Shown here one piece after another: positions 62,300 through 64,000 of a stretch of DNA of 64,000 nt; positions within the stretch are counted from its first letter, which is position 1, and every line of letters begins with the position of its first letter. Origin of the DNA: Eledone cirrhosa (taxonomy: Eukaryota); contig OZ024741.1 in NCBI GenBank assembly GCA_964016885.1, positions 37,510,001-37,574,000 of the forward strand, given 5' to 3'. The position numbers and the translations under genes were made by a program. The notes under the pieces are model-generated. The model saw only the letters and a list, made by a program, of their open reading frames with translations, did not search any database and was not told the DNA's origin.

Positions 62300-64000
62300 A
62301 TGACCTCACTCAGAATAGGCAGCATAAATGTGCATGGCCTGGGGTCGTCATGGAAGCAGGGCCACCTACTCAATGACCTCAGGTCACTAAACATAGATGT
62401 GGTGGCCATCAGCGAGACCAGAATCTCTGAAGCACGAGCCTTCACACCGATCTTTGGCGGCTACGATGTGTACACATCTCCCAGCCATCCTGGATCGGAG
62501 GGAGGAGTTGCTGTGCTTTTTCGGAGAGGTTTGGATCTCGCCAAATGGGCCATCTTCCTGGACCCAGAAGGTAAGTTGGTGGTGCTGGACGTGACCAGCG
62601 GAGACGGGCAAGCTTTCAGGCTAGTGGCCGTCTATGCCCCGACAGAGGCAGGGTGGCCTGATTTCTTCCGGTGTCTGGAGATCTTTCTTGGAACGTCCCG
62701 CTCTTTAGTATTAGGGGGCGACTGGAACGGGATCTTAGATGCATGCTGGGACTGTGTGGGATTAGCGGATAGGGGAGGAGGGTGTAAAAGCCTCGCAAAC
62801 CTACTCAGACGGTTTCCACTGTCTGACAGGTACCGTCTGGATTTCCCAAATGTGCCAATGTGGATATGGGCAAACCGCATCGGGTCATCCAGATCATATC
62901 TAGATAGGGTATTTTGTAGAGTCCATTAGGTTTAGTAAGGCTTTAGCAATAGAGAAAAATAGAGCAGAGGGAGAACTAGTTAGAAAATTAGACGAGGCAC
63001 TTAGTAAAGGCATCGCGACCGACGTACTTGCGGAGAAATTGGCCCTTGACCAATTCTTCAATGCAAAGCACGAAGGCTGCATTGTCAGATCTAGGGTGCG
63101 TGCTCTCAGACACAGGGGAGGAAAGCCGTTCAATGGGCCTGAGTGGCGGAAGCGTGTCGTGGCAACAAAGCCACGATCTGGTCTTTGGTGGACCACGATG
63201 GGCGCATGCTACTCGATCCCGGGCAGATGTGTGAAGCTTTTCAGCGACACTTCGCTCAGCTGTTCAGGAACAGCGGCGGGTCTGATCGAGGGATGGACTT
63301 TAGTGCCTACCTCGACGGACTTCCGCGGCTCTCGACCACTGAGGCAGAGTGTTGCGAAAAGCTGATAACAGCCGCTGAAGTACGGGAGACAATGAATGGC
63401 TGCACAAGGGGTAAATCGCCTGGTTTGGATGGTCTGCCCTATGAACTTTACGTACAGATGCCAGACTTGTTCGGAGGCACCTTGGCGGACGTCTACTGCA
63501 ACTGGCACCAGAACGGGAGAATTCCCAGCTCTGTGAGCCGAGGAGCGGTGGCGCTGCTGAGAAAAGTTCCGAACAAAGGGGATAACATAGATAATTTCAG
63601 GCCCATAACTCTGCTAAACACAGAGTTCAAGATTTTGACCAAGGTGCCAGCAGACATGCGCCATTCCAGACAGATCCATCCACGACAACCTCCACCTCAT
63701 GCGATACATCGTGGAGATGGTAGCTAGGGAACCTGGCATGGGCGGGTCCTTGATCAATTTAGATCAGTCGAAAGCTTTCGATAGGGTCGACCATCGTTAT
63801 CTGGCGGCAGTCCTGAGGGTGGCTGGCTTTGGGCCCGTCTTCTGAGGCTGGATCGCTGCCATGCACAGCGACATCTGCTCTGTGGTGAGAGTGAACGGTC
63901 ACCTTTCGGAACCGTTCAACATCATGCGTTTGGTCCGCCAAGGATGTCCCCTCTCATCCCTCTTGTACGTATTGACTCTCGAGCCATTACTGCACAAACT
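62300..64000 (+). pseudogene. Tx1-type ORF2 (APE + RT), internally deleted and frameshifted
   Basis: GSINVHGL, ISETR, VYAP, GDWN, YLDRVF; GKSPGLDG, FRPITLLN, LDQSKAFDRVDH, VRQGCPLS. Confidence 0.88.

Larger units (their letters stand above)
60336..64000 (+). mobile_element. Tx1/L1-group LINE, continuing past the window end
   Basis: Two-ORF layout: gag-like ORF1 with CCHC knuckle; ORF2 with APE and L1/Tx1-type RT motifs. Confidence 0.85.

Overview
AT-rich, microsatellite-laden eukaryotic (metazoan) DNA made almost entirely of interspersed repeats. The repeat mix (RTE LINEs with (GAT)n tails, CORE- and Meta-type tRNA SINEs, long (TA)n tracts) resembles an octopus/coleoid cephalopod genome; this is an inference. 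No intact host protein-coding gene can be supported, and most ORF-track entries are microsatellite or antisense artefacts. The window holds a near-intact RTE LINE (25650-29075, two nonsense mutations) facing a truncated sister copy, many RTE fragments, a Tx1/L1-type LINE running off the right end, CRE and RTE-X-like fragments, Helitron-, piggyBac-, hAT-, mariner- and Tigger-type non-autonomous elements, and SINE clusters. The most interesting signal is non-coding: several type I hammerhead ribozyme (HHR) motifs from at least four unrelated repeat families. These include two HHRs exactly 487 nt apart in a 1.5-unit tandem repeat (retrozyme/Penelope pLTR-like, 14247-14979), an intact-core HHR with a 70-nt insert in loop II (57715-57827), and a Penelope remnant with inverted pLTRs. 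Fold-back palindromes recur at retroelement junctions. All calls were made by eye and boundaries are approximate.
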